This document shows, one piece after another, positions 23,001 through 33,088 of a DNA stretch of 41,171 nucleotides. The DNA lies in IMG/VR virus record IMGVR_UViG_2778261424_000010, positions 1 to 41,171 of that record, one strand, 5' to 3'. The first letter of the stretch is position 1; each line of letters begins with the position of its first letter. This stretch comes from a virus. Its lineage: Duplodnaviria > Heunggongvirae > Uroviricota > Caudoviricetes. Under the pieces are notes generated by a model, which was given only the letters and a program-made list of their open reading frames with translations, was not told the origin of the DNA and made no database searches. The translations under genes and the position numbers were made by a program.

Positions 23001-23622
23001 CGTCACCGAAATAATGGATGCGCTGGAGCGCTACAGCGAAATCATCACCCCCTGGGCGACTAAGGTTGCTGAGAGCTTCACCGCCGACATTGCGCGCCAG
23101 AATGAAAAGCAGTGGCGTCAGCACAGTCGGAACATCAGCGCAGAACTACGCAACATGGTCGACCGCGCCCCGGTAGGCCAGGTGATGAAATCCATCGTCG
23201 CCGAGCAAATTAAGTACATCAAATCTCTGCCTCTTGAGGCCGCCGATCGGGTGTATGACATTCAGAACAAGGCCATCGAGGCTGTAGTAACTGGTGGCCG
23301 CGCTGAGCCATTCGCGAAAGAGATAGCTGATTCCGGTGACGTGTCACGCTCACGAGCGAACCTTATCGCCCGGACTGAGCTTGGGCGCGCAACCGGTGCA
23401 CTGGATCAGGCGCGTGCGCTGTCAATCGGCTCGAATGGTTATATCTGGCGTACAGCCGAAGATGGCGACGTCCGGCATTCTCATCGAGAGATGGAAGGGA
23501 AGTTTGTCGAATGGGGCCGACCTCCAACGCTTGACGGCATGACCGGTCACGCTGGCGAGCTCCCGAACTGCCGCTGTTACAAAGAAATCGTCTTCCCCAA
23601 CCCTCATTCTTATCTCGCCTGA
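22849..23622 (+). CDS. Head morphogenesis protein (Mu F / SPP1 gp7 family)
   Basis: 257 aa. ARTELGRA...W...DGDVRHSH...NCRC is the Mu-F-like signature. It overlaps the portal 3' end by about 150 nt if the first ATG is used. Confidence 0.8.
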   Translation: MPKTKRRQASANLATNRQSRQAEIRYRTSLRQIARAVGDIVNGRYDGSNDSVTEIMDALERYSEIITPWATKVAESFTADIARQNEKQWRQHSRNISAELRNMVDRAPVGQVMKSIVAEQIKYIKSLPLEAADRVYDIQNKAIEAVVTGGRAEPFAKEIADSGDVSRSRANLIARTELGRATGALDQARALSIGSNGYIWRTAEDGDVRHSHREMEGKFVEWGRPPTLDGMTGHAGELPNCRCYKEIVFPNPHSYLA

Positions 23623-23636
23623 ATCGCAGGTAAACC

Positions 23637-24869
23637 ATGAAATATTTTTTCAATACCCGGCTGGGGGAAACCCGTTATCAGCTGGCTGACGGCTCGCTAC
23701 TGTGCAAAGACGTGCCGATAGGTCGAACGGGTAAGCAGCTTTACGGCGCTGCCGATCTGCCAAACCTCAAACCCGACAAGCTCGGCGAGATAGTCGTAAC
23801 GCGCTCTCCTGATCAGGTATTCCATCCGGCCACGCTCGCCTCATTCGAAGGGATGAGCATCACGATCCTGCATCCTGAAGATGAAAACGGGAATGTGCGG
23901 CTGGTCAACCCCGAGAACTGGAAAGAGCTTGCGGTCGGGCATCTTCAGAACGTTCGGCGCGGGACTGGTGATCAGTCTGATTTGATGCTGGCTGACCTTA
24001 TCGTCAAAGACGAAAGCGCCATTCAGCTGATCGAAGATGGTCTGCGCGAAGTGTCGTGCGGCTATGACGCTGAGTACGAGCAGACCGAACCCGGAAAAGC
24101 CGAGCAGGTCGATATTACCGGAAACCATGTGGCTCTTGTCCCTAAAGGCAGAGCCGGAAATCGTTGTGCAATTGGAGACAGAGACACAATGGCAAATCAA
24201 AAGAAAAGCTGGTGGACCCGCATGCGCACGGCCATCAAAACGGGTGATGCTGACACCATGAACGAACTGCTGGACTCTGCGCCAGCGGCGGTAACGGGCG
24301 ATGAAGGGGATCTGCCGAGCGGCGTTAACCTCAACATTAATCTTTCACCGCAACAACCATTTCCGGACAAAAAGCCGGAAATGGGCGGAGAGCCAACCGG
24401 CGACGGCGAGGACGATATCAAAACCTTGCTCAAAGCCCTGCTGGCTAAGCTGGAAGGTACTGCAACGGGCGATAACGACGATAAGCCTGACGGCAAAGAT
24501 AACAAAGACCCTACCGGCGACGGTGAGGACGACGAAGAGGAAACCACGATTACCGGTGACGCTGCTTATCGTGCCGAAGTTATCGTTCCGGGTATCGATC
24601 TGAGCCGTAAGGTGAAACCGACCGCGTTCAAACGTGATGTGCTGTCCGCCGCTGACAAAACACTGGTTCGCCAGGTTGTCGGTGATGCAGATATCCGCAA
24701 ATTGCCCAAGCAATCGGTCGATATGGCGTTTAACGCCGTGTCTGAGATTGCCAAAGGGCGAAACACCCGCAGCACCACGGGCGATGCACAACGTCCAAAT
24801 ATGGGCATGACCAGCATCGCTTCCCTGAACAAACAAAACGCCGACTTCTGGTCTAACCGCAAAGGATAA
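23637..24869 (+). CDS. Scaffold/prohead-protease-like protein (DUF2213-like) with an acidic low-complexity centre
   Basis: 410 aa, positioned between the Mu-F-like and capsid genes. PTGDGEDD occurs twice in a D/E/G/K-rich linker. Confidence 0.55.
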   Translation: MKYFFNTRLGETRYQLADGSLLCKDVPIGRTGKQLYGAADLPNLKPDKLGEIVVTRSPDQVFHPATLASFEGMSITILHPEDENGNVRLVNPENWKELAVGHLQNVRRGTGDQSDLMLADLIVKDESAIQLIEDGLREVSCGYDAEYEQTEPGKAEQVDITGNHVALVPKGRAGNRCAIGDRDTMANQKKSWWTRMRTAIKTGDADTMNELLDSAPAAVTGDEGDLPSGVNLNINLSPQQPFPDKKPEMGGEPTGDGEDDIKTLLKALLAKLEGTATGDNDDKPDGKDNKDPTGDGEDDEEETTITGDAAYRAEVIVPGIDLSRKVKPTAFKRDVLSAADKTLVRQVVGDADIRKLPKQSVDMAFNAVSEIAKGRNTRSTTGDAQRPNMGMTSIASLNKQNADFWSNRKG

Positions 24870-24873
24870 TCCA

Positions 24874-25377
24874 ATGACTGCATATTTGTACCGGATGCCT
24901 GTTGGCATTGCCGGGGCTATCTCTCGCCCGCAGGACTTAACCGTCGAACCGGTGATCCTTAAATCCGCTAACGCCTTCGCTGCCTATGGTCTGGCTGGCA
25001 AATATGACGCTGACGGCTTTTTCGTGCCGCTGGCGGACGGTGACACCGCCGACAAGGTGAAGGGGATCTACGTTCGTCCGTATCCGACCACATCGCAGCC
25101 AGACATGGTTCGCCAGGTGGGGACGGATAAGAACTTCCCGGGTGACGCCATGAAGCGTGGCTACATGACCGTTAATCTCGGCTCTGATTTTGATGCCAGC
25201 ACCATCAAAAAAGGCGACCCGGTATACGTTGTCGTCTCCACTGATGAATCCATCAAAGTGCCGCTGGGCGGCTTCATGTCCACGTCCGTCAGTGGCAAAA
25301 ACGTGGCGCTGACCAACGCCGAATTCACAGGGGCCGGTGACGCTAACGGCAATGCAGAAATCTCCTGGAAGATTTAA
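24874..25377 (+). CDS. Head decoration/cement-like structural protein
   Basis: 167 aa, immediately upstream of the major capsid gene. Confidence 0.45.
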   Translation: MTAYLYRMPVGIAGAISRPQDLTVEPVILKSANAFAAYGLAGKYDADGFFVPLADGDTADKVKGIYVRPYPTTSQPDMVRQVGTDKNFPGDAMKRGYMTVNLGSDFDASTIKKGDPVYVVVSTDESIKVPLGGFMSTSVSGKNVALTNAEFTGAGDANGNAEISWKI

Positions 25378-25388
25378 GGAACAGACGA

Positions 25389-26330
25389 ATGATTACTTTT
25401 GATCAGGCAACCGTTGATAGCTCTGGTGCCTTTCTCATCGGGGAGCTGGAGCGACTCGACCAGACGCTGAACCTGCCGCTGGTGGGTTACACCTGGACCC
25501 GCGATATTCAGCTGCGTGAAGACGTTTCTATCGCAGATGACATTTCCAGCTGGACTAACACCAGTTTTGGCGCTGCTGGTACTGGCGCAAATCCGAACGG
25601 TAAAAACTGGGTAGGCAAAGACTCCACTGCTATTGCTGGCGTGAATGTTGATATCGGCAAAGACGGCAATCCGCTGAACCTCTGGGGCATGGAACTGGGC
25701 TGGACCGTTGTAGAGCTGGCAGCAGCTCAGCAGGTAGGTCGCCCGATTGATACCCAGAAGTACGACGGGATGCAGCTCAAATGGCAGATGGACAACGACG
25801 AGCAGGTTTACATTGGCGATGATGCGCTCGGCCTGAAAGGGCTGGCAAACCTTGTCGGTGTGACGCTGAACAATGCGCCGAAGACCTGGGCGAACTCCAC
25901 CAACGACGAGATTCTCGATAGCGTGAACAGCATTCTGTCGAATGCCTGGGCAGCATCCGGTTATTCCGTCGTGCCTTCTGATCTGCGCATTCCGCCAGAG
26001 CAGTATTCACTGCTGGCGAGCCGTAAGGTTTCCGAAGCGGGTAACCAGTCACTGCTGACCTATCTGGCCGTGAACACTATCGCTTTCCACCAGAACGGCG
26101 TTCCGCTGGAAATCAAAGCGGTTAAATGGCTGAAAGGGCGCGGGGTTGGCGGTAAAGACCGTATGGTCGCCTACACCAACGACAAGAAATATGTGCGCTA
26201 TCCGCTGGTGCCGTTGCAGAGCGTTCCTATCCAGTATCGCGGTCTGTACCAGATTGCGACCTACTACGGCAAGCTCGGTGCGGTTGAGCCAGTGTACAAA
26301 GAAACCCTGTCCTACGTGGACGGTATCTGA
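25389..26330 (+). CDS. Major capsid protein (DUF2184-like, HK97 fold)
   Basis: 313 aa. Position and length fit. A strong hairpin follows. Confidence 0.8.
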   Translation: MITFDQATVDSSGAFLIGELERLDQTLNLPLVGYTWTRDIQLREDVSIADDISSWTNTSFGAAGTGANPNGKNWVGKDSTAIAGVNVDIGKDGNPLNLWGMELGWTVVELAAAQQVGRPIDTQKYDGMQLKWQMDNDEQVYIGDDALGLKGLANLVGVTLNNAPKTWANSTNDEILDSVNSILSNAWAASGYSVVPSDLRIPPEQYSLLASRKVSEAGNQSLLTYLAVNTIAFHQNGVPLEIKAVKWLKGRGVGGKDRMVAYTNDKKYVRYPLVPLQSVPIQYRGLYQIATYYGKLGAVEPVYKETLSYVDGI

Positions 26331-26340
26331 TAACCAGAAC

Positions 26341-26356
26341 GGCCCCGAAAGGGGCC
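26341..26356 (+). other. GNRA-tetraloop hairpin after the capsid gene
   Basis: GGCCCC-GAAA-GGGGCC, 10 nt after the capsid stop, with no U-tract. It is probably an mRNA stabiliser or attenuator. Confidence 0.5.
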
Positions 26357-26371
26357 AGAAGGAAACTGAAA

Positions 26372-26761
26372 ATGGCGAAAGAAAAGCTGGTTACCATCCA
26401 TGTTCACACTCCGTTTACGCTGACGCTCGGCGATCAGTCAAAACAGGAGTTTGGCCGGGGGCGGCATAACGTACCGGAAGAGGTCGCGTCTCACTGGTTC
26501 ACCCAGGCGCACTCTGAGCTTTCCGAAAGCGTGATTAGCGACACCGATGATCTGCAACCCATTATCGACAGCCTGCAAGCGCAGATTGCCGACAAAGATA
26601 AGCAGATTGTCGATAAAGATCAGCTGATTGCCGATCTGAAAGAAGCGCTGCTCAAGCTGCAAGAGCAGAACGACAGCCTGCAAGCGCAGATTGCTGCCGC
26701 CCAGACTGGCGGTAATGGGGCGAAAGATGCCAAAGAATCAAAGCCTGCCAACAGTAAGTGA
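26372..26761 (+). CDS. Hypothetical coiled-coil head-associated protein
   Basis: 129 aa whose C-terminal half is heptad-like, with DSLQAQIA repeated. Confidence 0.55.
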   Translation: MAKEKLVTIHVHTPFTLTLGDQSKQEFGRGRHNVPEEVASHWFTQAHSELSESVISDTDDLQPIIDSLQAQIADKDKQIVDKDQLIADLKEALLKLQEQNDSLQAQIAAAQTGGNGAKDAKESKPANSK

Positions 26762-27134
26762 TTTTCGCCGCGACTTCCCGCAGTTTGCTGACCCTGCCAA
26801 ATATCCCGAAGCGCAAATCGAGTTTCGTCTGAATCTGGCCGATGTGCTGCTAAGCGAAAAGGTCACCGGCAAAAAGTTGTTTCCGTATTTTGCCGAGTTG
26901 TTCGTTGCGCACTACATGACGCTTTGGGCGGCAGATAGCCGGGCGATGCTGGTTGGCGGCCCGGGCGGTTCAACCAATGGTGTTCAGTCCTCTAAGTCCG
27001 TTGACAAGGTAAGCGTCAGCTATGACACCAGCGCGACGCTAAACCCTGACGCAGGCTTCTGGAATAACACCCGATATGGCGCTGAATTTTATCAGCTGAT
27101 CACGATGTTTGGTGCGGGCGGTCGCCAGCTATGA
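26727..27134 (+). CDS. Head-tail connector protein (DUF4054-like)
   Basis: About 135 aa from ATG 26727. Position in the head-completion block. Confidence 0.5.
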   Translation: MPKNQSLPTVSDFRRDFPQFADPAKYPEAQIEFRLNLADVLLSEKVTGKKLFPYFAELFVAHYMTLWAADSRAMLVGGPGGSTNGVQSSKSVDKVSVSYDTSATLNPDAGFWNNTRYGAEFYQLITMFGAGGRQL

Positions 27135-27685
27135 GTTTCAAAAGCGGTGTGACAACGAGGGTGGATAACGCTCAGGCCATTCTGGATGCGCTCAAATCCA
27201 TCGGTAAAAAAGAAGTGCTGGTGGGCATCCCGGAAGAAGACAGCGAGCGTGAGGATGTTCCGTTTGGTAATGCCGGGATCGGTTACGTCAACGAATACGG
27301 CTCACCAGCGCAAAACATCCCCCCACGCCCGCACCTGATCCCCGGCGTTAAATCGGTAGAGGAACAGACAGTGCCGCAGCTTAAAGCAGCGGCGCAGGCT
27401 GCGCTTGATGGTAATGCGGCGGGTGCGGAAAGATCGCTCAACCGCGCCGGAACGCTGGCCGCTAATGGCGTCAGGCGTTACATGACTATTACCGGCTTTA
27501 CGCCGCTTGCTGACAGCACTGTTGAAGCCCGGGCTCGTCGGGGGCGCAAGGGGGCAACACTGGAACTTGCCCGGCGTGTTGCTGGCGAGCTCCCCGGAAC
27601 CGATCTGGTGAAACCATTAATTGACACCGGGCAATATCGCAGAGCCATTACCCACGTTGTGAGGGATAAAGATGCCGAATCTTGA
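27131..27685 (+). CDS. Head completion / neck protein
   Basis: 184 aa with ATGA coupling. Called by position. Confidence 0.45.
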   Translation: MSFKSGVTTRVDNAQAILDALKSIGKKEVLVGIPEEDSEREDVPFGNAGIGYVNEYGSPAQNIPPRPHLIPGVKSVEEQTVPQLKAAAQAALDGNAAGAERSLNRAGTLAANGVRRYMTITGFTPLADSTVEARARRGRKGATLELARRVAGELPGTDLVKPLIDTGQYRRAITHVVRDKDAES

Positions 27686-28061
27686 TGTGACGGACGTACT
27701 TTTTGACCCCGATTTTTGCGACTTCAACCTGTGGGTAACGCGTCGCGTGCAAACGGTGGACGATGACGGGATCGGCAGCGACAGTGAAGTTAAAACGCAG
27801 TTTGCCGGAGTTGTTACCGTTGACCGCTCTCTCGAAAACCGACGTATGCAGTCCGGGCAGGTTATCAGTGGCGCGATTCTCATTGTGACAACTGAGCGGC
27901 TGACGCAGGGGCAGACTGGCCGTGATGCCGATATCGTGACGTATCAGAACCGTGATTACCGCGTGACATTCGTCGACCCGTATATAGCTTACGGTGCTGG
28001 CTTTGTCCAGGCACATTGCGAACTGTTGCCGTTTGATGGGGGAACTCCCGTTGAGCAATAA
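27672..28061 (+). CDS. Tail completion / neck protein
   Basis: 129 aa. Called by position. Confidence 0.45.
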   Translation: MPNLDVTDVLFDPDFCDFNLWVTRRVQTVDDDGIGSDSEVKTQFAGVVTVDRSLENRRMQSGQVISGAILIVTTERLTQGQTGRDADIVTYQNRDYRVTFVDPYIAYGAGFVQAHCELLPFDGGTPVEQ

Positions 28062-28599
28062 CACCAGCACAGAGCGCGGCTGGCTGACACCCACCAGCGG
28101 CGATCCGGATTATGACGAAGCGCTAGACAGGCTGTTAAGCCAGTGGATGCGCAACGTTTCCGGCTTGCCAGCTGGGATGGTTCGCCCGCGCTGGCAGAAA
28201 GATCAGCCGCCACTGCTGCCCATTGAAACGAACTGGTGCGCGTTCGGCGTTACCGGATGGCCCATTGATAACAGTCCTGCATTCACCAATCAGACCGACG
28301 AGGGCGCTGAGCTCTGGCGACATGAAACGTTCGAGTGCATGGCGTCGTTCTATGGCCCGGCTGGTATGTCTTATGCGTCCCGTTTTCGCGATGGCATATC
28401 TGTCCCGCAAAACAATGCTGAGCTGAACGCGCTTGGGCTGTCTCTTGGCGACTATACCGGTCTGACCCCTTTCCCCGAACTTATCAACCAGCAATGGGTT
28501 CGCCGCTACGACATGACGGTGCGCCTGCGCCGGAAGGTTGTGCGCGAGTACGGCATCAAATCGCTGGTGGAAGCGCCAGTCACCTTTTTTGGAGAATAA
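28036..28599 (+). CDS. Tail terminator/adaptor-like protein
   Basis: About 187 aa from ATG 28036, immediately upstream of the sheath gene. Confidence 0.45.
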   Translation: MGELPLSNNTSTERGWLTPTSGDPDYDEALDRLLSQWMRNVSGLPAGMVRPRWQKDQPPLLPIETNWCAFGVTGWPIDNSPAFTNQTDEGAELWRHETFECMASFYGPAGMSYASRFRDGISVPQNNAELNALGLSLGDYTGLTPFPELINQQWVRRYDMTVRLRRKVVREYGIKSLVEAPVTFFGE

Positions 28600-28602
28600 A
28601 CT

Positions 28603-29763
28603 ATGACGCAGGGTTTACCTGTATCCAACGTTGTAAACGTTGATGTGATCATCTCGCCGAAAGCGGCTACTGGTCGTAACTTCGGCGCGCTGCTGATCCT
28701 CGGTTCTTCCACTGTCATTCCGGTGCAGGAGCGCGTTCGCCTTTATGCGTCCGTTGAGGACATTGGCGAAGACTTCGGTGTCGACAGCCCGGAATATAAA
28801 GCAGCGCAGGTTTTCTTCAGCCAGTCACCGAAGCCGACACAGGTTTATGTTGGTCGCTGGGCGAAGACGCTGAGTTCTTCCGAGAGTGGAGATACTGAAA
28901 CTATCGTGCAAGCCGTTAATGCCTGCCTGCAATATACCAACTGGTATGGGCTGGTTGTCGCTGATGATGTTGTCGCTGGTGGCGATGTGCTTGATGCTGA
29001 TGACGTGATTGAGGTCGCCAAACTTATTGAAGCGTCCAGCCTTAGCCGTATCTTTGGTGTGACCTCTGCCGACGCCGAGATTATCAGCACGACTTCGACG
29101 ACCGATGTTGCGTCGAAATTAAAGGCTGGCAAGTATGCCCGTACCTTTATTCAGTATTCCACCAGCAGCCCTTACGCAGCGGTTTCTGCTTTCGGTCGTG
29201 CGTTTACTGTCAATTTCAACGGCAGCAATACCACCATTACCCTGAAGTTCAAACAGGAACCAAGCGTAACCTACGAAACGTTGACGGTAGGCCAGGCGGC
29301 TGCGGTGGATACGAAGAATGCGAACGTGTTCGTGTACTACGCCAACGACACGGCGATCCTGCAACAGGGTGTCATGGCGAACGGTGACTTCTTCGACGAG
29401 CGCCACGGGCTCGACTGGTTGCAGAACTACGTTCAGACCAACCTCTATAACCTGCTTTACACCAGCACCACCAAAATTCCGCAGACTGATGCCGGTGTGA
29501 CCCGTCTGCTTTCCAACGTTGAACAGTCCATGGATCAGTCCGTCACGAACGGTCTGGTAGCTGCTGGCGTGTGGAATGGTGGACCTATCGGACAGCTGAA
29601 TTCCGGCGATACGCTGACCAAAGGCTATTACGTGTATGCGCAACCGCTGTCCGAACAGGCGCAGGCCGACCGCGAAGCGCGCAAAGCACCGTTAATCCAG
29701 GTGGCCTGTAAGCTGGCTGGCGCAGTTCATTATGCCGATGTGCAGATCAACGTGGTTCGCTAA
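28603..29763 (+). CDS. Contractile tail sheath protein (DUF3383-like)
   Basis: 386 aa. The tube, chaperone and tape measure genes follow. Confidence 0.8.
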   Translation: MTQGLPVSNVVNVDVIISPKAATGRNFGALLILGSSTVIPVQERVRLYASVEDIGEDFGVDSPEYKAAQVFFSQSPKPTQVYVGRWAKTLSSSESGDTETIVQAVNACLQYTNWYGLVVADDVVAGGDVLDADDVIEVAKLIEASSLSRIFGVTSADAEIISTTSTTDVASKLKAGKYARTFIQYSTSSPYAAVSAFGRAFTVNFNGSNTTITLKFKQEPSVTYETLTVGQAAAVDTKNANVFVYYANDTAILQQGVMANGDFFDERHGLDWLQNYVQTNLYNLLYTSTTKIPQTDAGVTRLLSNVEQSMDQSVTNGLVAAGVWNGGPIGQLNSGDTLTKGYYVYAQPLSEQAQADREARKAPLIQVACKLAGAVHYADVQINVVR

Positions 29764-29773
29764 GGAGCGATAA

Positions 29774-30214
29774 ATGGCAACTTATTCTTTTCTCGATGTA
29801 ACCGCGTCGCTCACCGGGCCGACCGGCGTTATCGATCTTGGTCAGGGTTCTGCGAACTCTGAGGAAGGTATCACCCAGACCATGGGCGGCAACAAAAACA
29901 CCATGACCATCGGTGCCGATGGCGAGGTGATGCACAGCCTGCACGCCGATAAGTCAGGCACCATTACGGTGACGCTACTCAAAACCTCCCCGGTGAATAA
30001 AAAGCTGTCTCTGGCGTATAACGCGCAAAGCCAGTCCTCTGCCACCTGGGGCAATAACGTGATCGTCATTCGCAACACGGCATCGGGTGATATTTCTACT
30101 GCGCGTTCGTGTGCATTCCAGAAACAGCCTGATTTCAATAACGCTAAAGAGGGCGGAACCGTCGCCTGGGTATTCGACTGCGGCAAGATTGACCAGCTTC
30201 TCGGGGAGTTTTAA
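29774..30214 (+). CDS. Tail tube protein (DUF3277-like)
   Basis: 146 aa directly after the sheath gene. Confidence 0.75.
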   Translation: MATYSFLDVTASLTGPTGVIDLGQGSANSEEGITQTMGGNKNTMTIGADGEVMHSLHADKSGTITVTLLKTSPVNKKLSLAYNAQSQSSATWGNNVIVIRNTASGDISTARSCAFQKQPDFNNAKEGGTVAWVFDCGKIDQLLGEF

Positions 30215-30217
30215 CGC

Positions 30218-30643
30218 ATGGAATTCGAAATTAAAGGCGTGAAATATCGCACCGCAAAGCTCAGCGTTTTCGAACAGCTGAAGGTGTCCCGCAAGCTGTT
30301 GCCGGTTCTGGCCGGGATGGTTTCGGACTTCCGGAGCGTTCAGGAGAAGATCAGCAGCAAAGACACCGAAGGCGCGATGGCTACCATCCTGCCAAAGATT
30401 GCCAATGCTGTGTCCGATCTGAGTGATGGCGACGTGGACGCTATCCTGTTCCCCTGTCTTTCCGTTGTTTCACGCGAGCACATGAAAGGCTGGGTGCCGG
30501 TCTGCCAGCATGGCGAAATGGCGTTTGACGATATCGACCTGCTTACCATGCTGCAACTGGTGGCGCGGGTGGTCGCCGACTCTCTGGGAAATTTTTTGCA
30601 AGGACTCCCTACCAGCGAGACGCCCACCCCGCTAGCGGAATAA
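30218..30643 (+). CDS. Tail assembly chaperone (short form)
   Basis: 141 aa between the tube and tape measure genes. A slippery heptamer lies near the 3' end. Confidence 0.7.
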   Translation: MEFEIKGVKYRTAKLSVFEQLKVSRKLLPVLAGMVSDFRSVQEKISSKDTEGAMATILPKIANAVSDLSDGDVDAILFPCLSVVSREHMKGWVPVCQHGEMAFDDIDLLTMLQLVARVVADSLGNFLQGLPTSETPTPLAE

Positions 30644-30831
30644 CCTTCAACAGCCTGCCGGGCGGTGAAGATTTTATTCTTCGCCCGGCGCTTGCCTTCC
30701 ATATTGACCAGAAAGACCTTAACAGCGGTGCGGTAGACCTTTGCCGCATCGCGCTTCTCAATGACTACCTCGACATGCGCGAGGATAACGACGCCCGGGT
30801 AGATAAATGGAGAGCGGCCAATGAGCGGTAA
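30218..30831 (+). CDS. Tail assembly chaperone, -1 frameshift-extended form
   Basis: The -1 frame is open from the slip site to TAA 30829-30831, adding 78 aa (...FFARTPYQRD...DKWRAANER). This frame has no start codon of its own. It ends 10 nt into the tape measure gene. Confidence 0.6.
30589..30595 (+). promoter_or_regulatory. Programmed -1 ribosomal frameshift slippery heptamer
   Basis: A AAT TTT in the zero frame (X XXY YYZ), in the context GGG AAA TTT TTT G. Confidence 0.6.
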
Positions 30832-33088
30832 CGCAGATACGATTAAAGATTTCCTTGTTTCGCTGGGATTCGATATCGATCAGGCTGGCGCTAATAAGTT
30901 TGAAGCCGTGCTGAAAGGCGTTACAGCTAACGTTCTGAAGGTCGGCGCGGTGGTGGAAGGCGCAGCGCTGAGCATTGTCGGATTTACCACTCAGATCGCG
31001 AACGGTCTGGATAAAATTTACTGGGCATCCCAGCGGACGGGGGCCAGTGTCCAGGGCATCAAAGCGCTGGGATACGCCGCATCGCAAACCGGTGCCAGCG
31101 CCGAGTCGGCTATGTCCTCCCTCGAAGGGCTGGCCGGTTTCATGCGTAGCAATCCGGGCGCGGAAGGCTTCCTGAACCGCCTGGGCGTCCAGACTCGCGA
31201 TGCCAGCGGAAAGATGCGTGATACTGCGGCCATCTTTACTGGCGTTGGGCAAAAGCTCAACAACATGCCGTATTACCGCGCGAAACAATACGCGCAGATG
31301 CTTGGCATCGATGAAAACACGCTGATGGCGATGCGGCGCGGCATGAATGGCTTTACCGCCGATTACCAGTCGATGCTGCAAAAGACAGGGTTCAACGCTG
31401 ATAAAGCGGCTGTTCAGTCCAACAAATTCATGACGTCCATGCGCGGGCTTACGTCGCTGTTCGGCATCATGCGGGACAAGATCGGCTCAAACCTCGCTGG
31501 TGGCCTGGCTGGTTCGCTGGACAGCCTGCGGCGGCGCATCCTCGACAATTTCCCGAAGATTGAAGAGACGCTGACCAGAGTTATTAAAGGCGTGATCTGG
31601 CTTGCGAACGCATTCACGAGAATGGCGTGGCGGCTGATACAGGGCGCTGGCTCTGTCATCGACTGGTGGAAGCGTCTTGACGATGGCAGTAAAAATCTGC
31701 TGAAAATATTCGGTGCTCTACTTGTCGCATGGCGTCTGCTTAATTCTGCGTTCCTGAAATCCCCGATTGGAATTATCACCACGCTGATTCTGGCGATCGG
31801 ATTACTCTATGACGATTATCAGACGTGGAAAGAAGGCGGTAAAAGCCTGATTGACTGGTCCAAGTGGGAGCCTGCAATAGAAAAGGCGAAAAAGGCAATT
31901 CTCTGGCTGCGCGATAAGCTTCTGGGGCTGAAAGATTCTGTTGGTGGATGGCAGAACTCGCTGGAAATTTTGGCTACTTTCATCGCTGGGGTATGGGTAA
32001 CAAAAGTATTGGGAGCATTCGCAAAAATATCCGGTCTTCCGATACCTCCATGGCTTAAATTATGGGGAGCGTATGCTGGTTACCTGGTTTCAGATCGTGA
32101 AAACATAAAAGCCAGTGCTAAATCATCTTTGGACTATACCAAAAGGAACATTGGTGATGCTCTTGCTACGGTTGGCATCAAAACCGACCTTGGGCGAAAA
32201 GATGTTAGCGAGGTAAGAGAATGGCCCGCATGGATGGATTGGCTGCATGGTGGCCCAGGTAAGATTATTCGTCAGGCGCAAAGCAATGGCGTCGTTTATG
32301 GCGATAATGTTCAGCCTGACATTCCCGGGGCGGAACAGCATGTTCGTAGTAATGAAATTGCCCCGCATGAAAGAGATGAAATAAAAAACCGTCAGCAGGC
32401 TGCTAATGGTTATCTTGAAAAAATCTCAGACGGGATTGCCAAAATCGGTAATTTATTTTTCTCCCCGGTTGGAGCTGCTGAAATCTCTCCAAATATATCG
32501 GGTGACCCCTCCCAGTTTGCGCAATCAGTCAAACGTCCACAGGCCACAGCCCAGGGCAAAGTATTGCTCGACTGGATGGGGCCAATGTTCAATAAACTTG
32601 AGTCGCTTTATCAACTTCCAGCTGGTCTATTGAAAAGTGTGGCGATAACCGAGTCAGGTGGTAACCAGTTCGCCATGTCCGGCGCAGGCGCGAAAGGTCT
32701 GTTTCAGTTTATGGATGGTACGGCGCGCGACATGGGCCTTCGCGGAAACGATGTATTCGACCCGCAAAAGTCAGCTCAGGCCGCAGCTAAGTACCTCAGC
32801 CAGCTGTTGCGGCAGAACGGCGGAGACCTTAGCAAAGCACTGGCATCATATAACTGGGGGATCGGGAATGTTAAGCGCTATGGCATGGGGTTAATGCCGC
32901 AGGAAACGCGTAACTACATTCCGAAAGTAATGAGCAACATGCCCACCAGCGCCCCGGTGATTCAGCAGGAAACGAATATTAACATCCACGGCGTTTCCGA
33001 TCCGCGCGAGGCTGCCCGTTTGACTGTTGATCGTCAAAAGGGCGTGAATTCACAGTTAACCCAGCAACTCCCCGCAGGACCGAGATAA
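30821..33088 (+). CDS. Tape measure protein with a C-terminal lytic transglycosylase (SLT) domain
   Basis: 755 aa with central TM-like and helical segments. The SLT signature ITESGGNQ...GLFQFM...AAAKYL...YNWG lies at about nt 32627-32890. Confidence 0.9.
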   Translation: MSGNADTIKDFLVSLGFDIDQAGANKFEAVLKGVTANVLKVGAVVEGAALSIVGFTTQIANGLDKIYWASQRTGASVQGIKALGYAASQTGASAESAMSSLEGLAGFMRSNPGAEGFLNRLGVQTRDASGKMRDTAAIFTGVGQKLNNMPYYRAKQYAQMLGIDENTLMAMRRGMNGFTADYQSMLQKTGFNADKAAVQSNKFMTSMRGLTSLFGIMRDKIGSNLAGGLAGSLDSLRRRILDNFPKIEETLTRVIKGVIWLANAFTRMAWRLIQGAGSVIDWWKRLDDGSKNLLKIFGALLVAWRLLNSAFLKSPIGIITTLILAIGLLYDDYQTWKEGGKSLIDWSKWEPAIEKAKKAILWLRDKLLGLKDSVGGWQNSLEILATFIAGVWVTKVLGAFAKISGLPIPPWLKLWGAYAGYLVSDRENIKASAKSSLDYTKRNIGDALATVGIKTDLGRKDVSEVREWPAWMDWLHGGPGKIIRQAQSNGVVYGDNVQPDIPGAEQHVRSNEIAPHERDEIKNRQQAANGYLEKISDGIAKIGNLFFSPVGAAEISPNISGDPSQFAQSVKRPQATAQGKVLLDWMGPMFNKLESLYQLPAGLLKSVAITESGGNQFAMSGAGAKGLFQFMDGTARDMGLRGNDVFDPQKSAQAAAKYLSQLLRQNGGDLSKALASYNWGIGNVKRYGMGLMPQETRNYIPKVMSNMPTSAPVIQQETNINIHGVSDPREAARLTVDRQKGVNSQLTQQLPAGPR

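Noticed and set aside
24345-24908. 187-aa minus-strand ORF, and similar shadow ORFs at 29119-29643, 30758-31381 and 38849-39349
   Set aside because: All lie antisense to structural genes with good positional or motif support. None has an SD or a recognisable motif.
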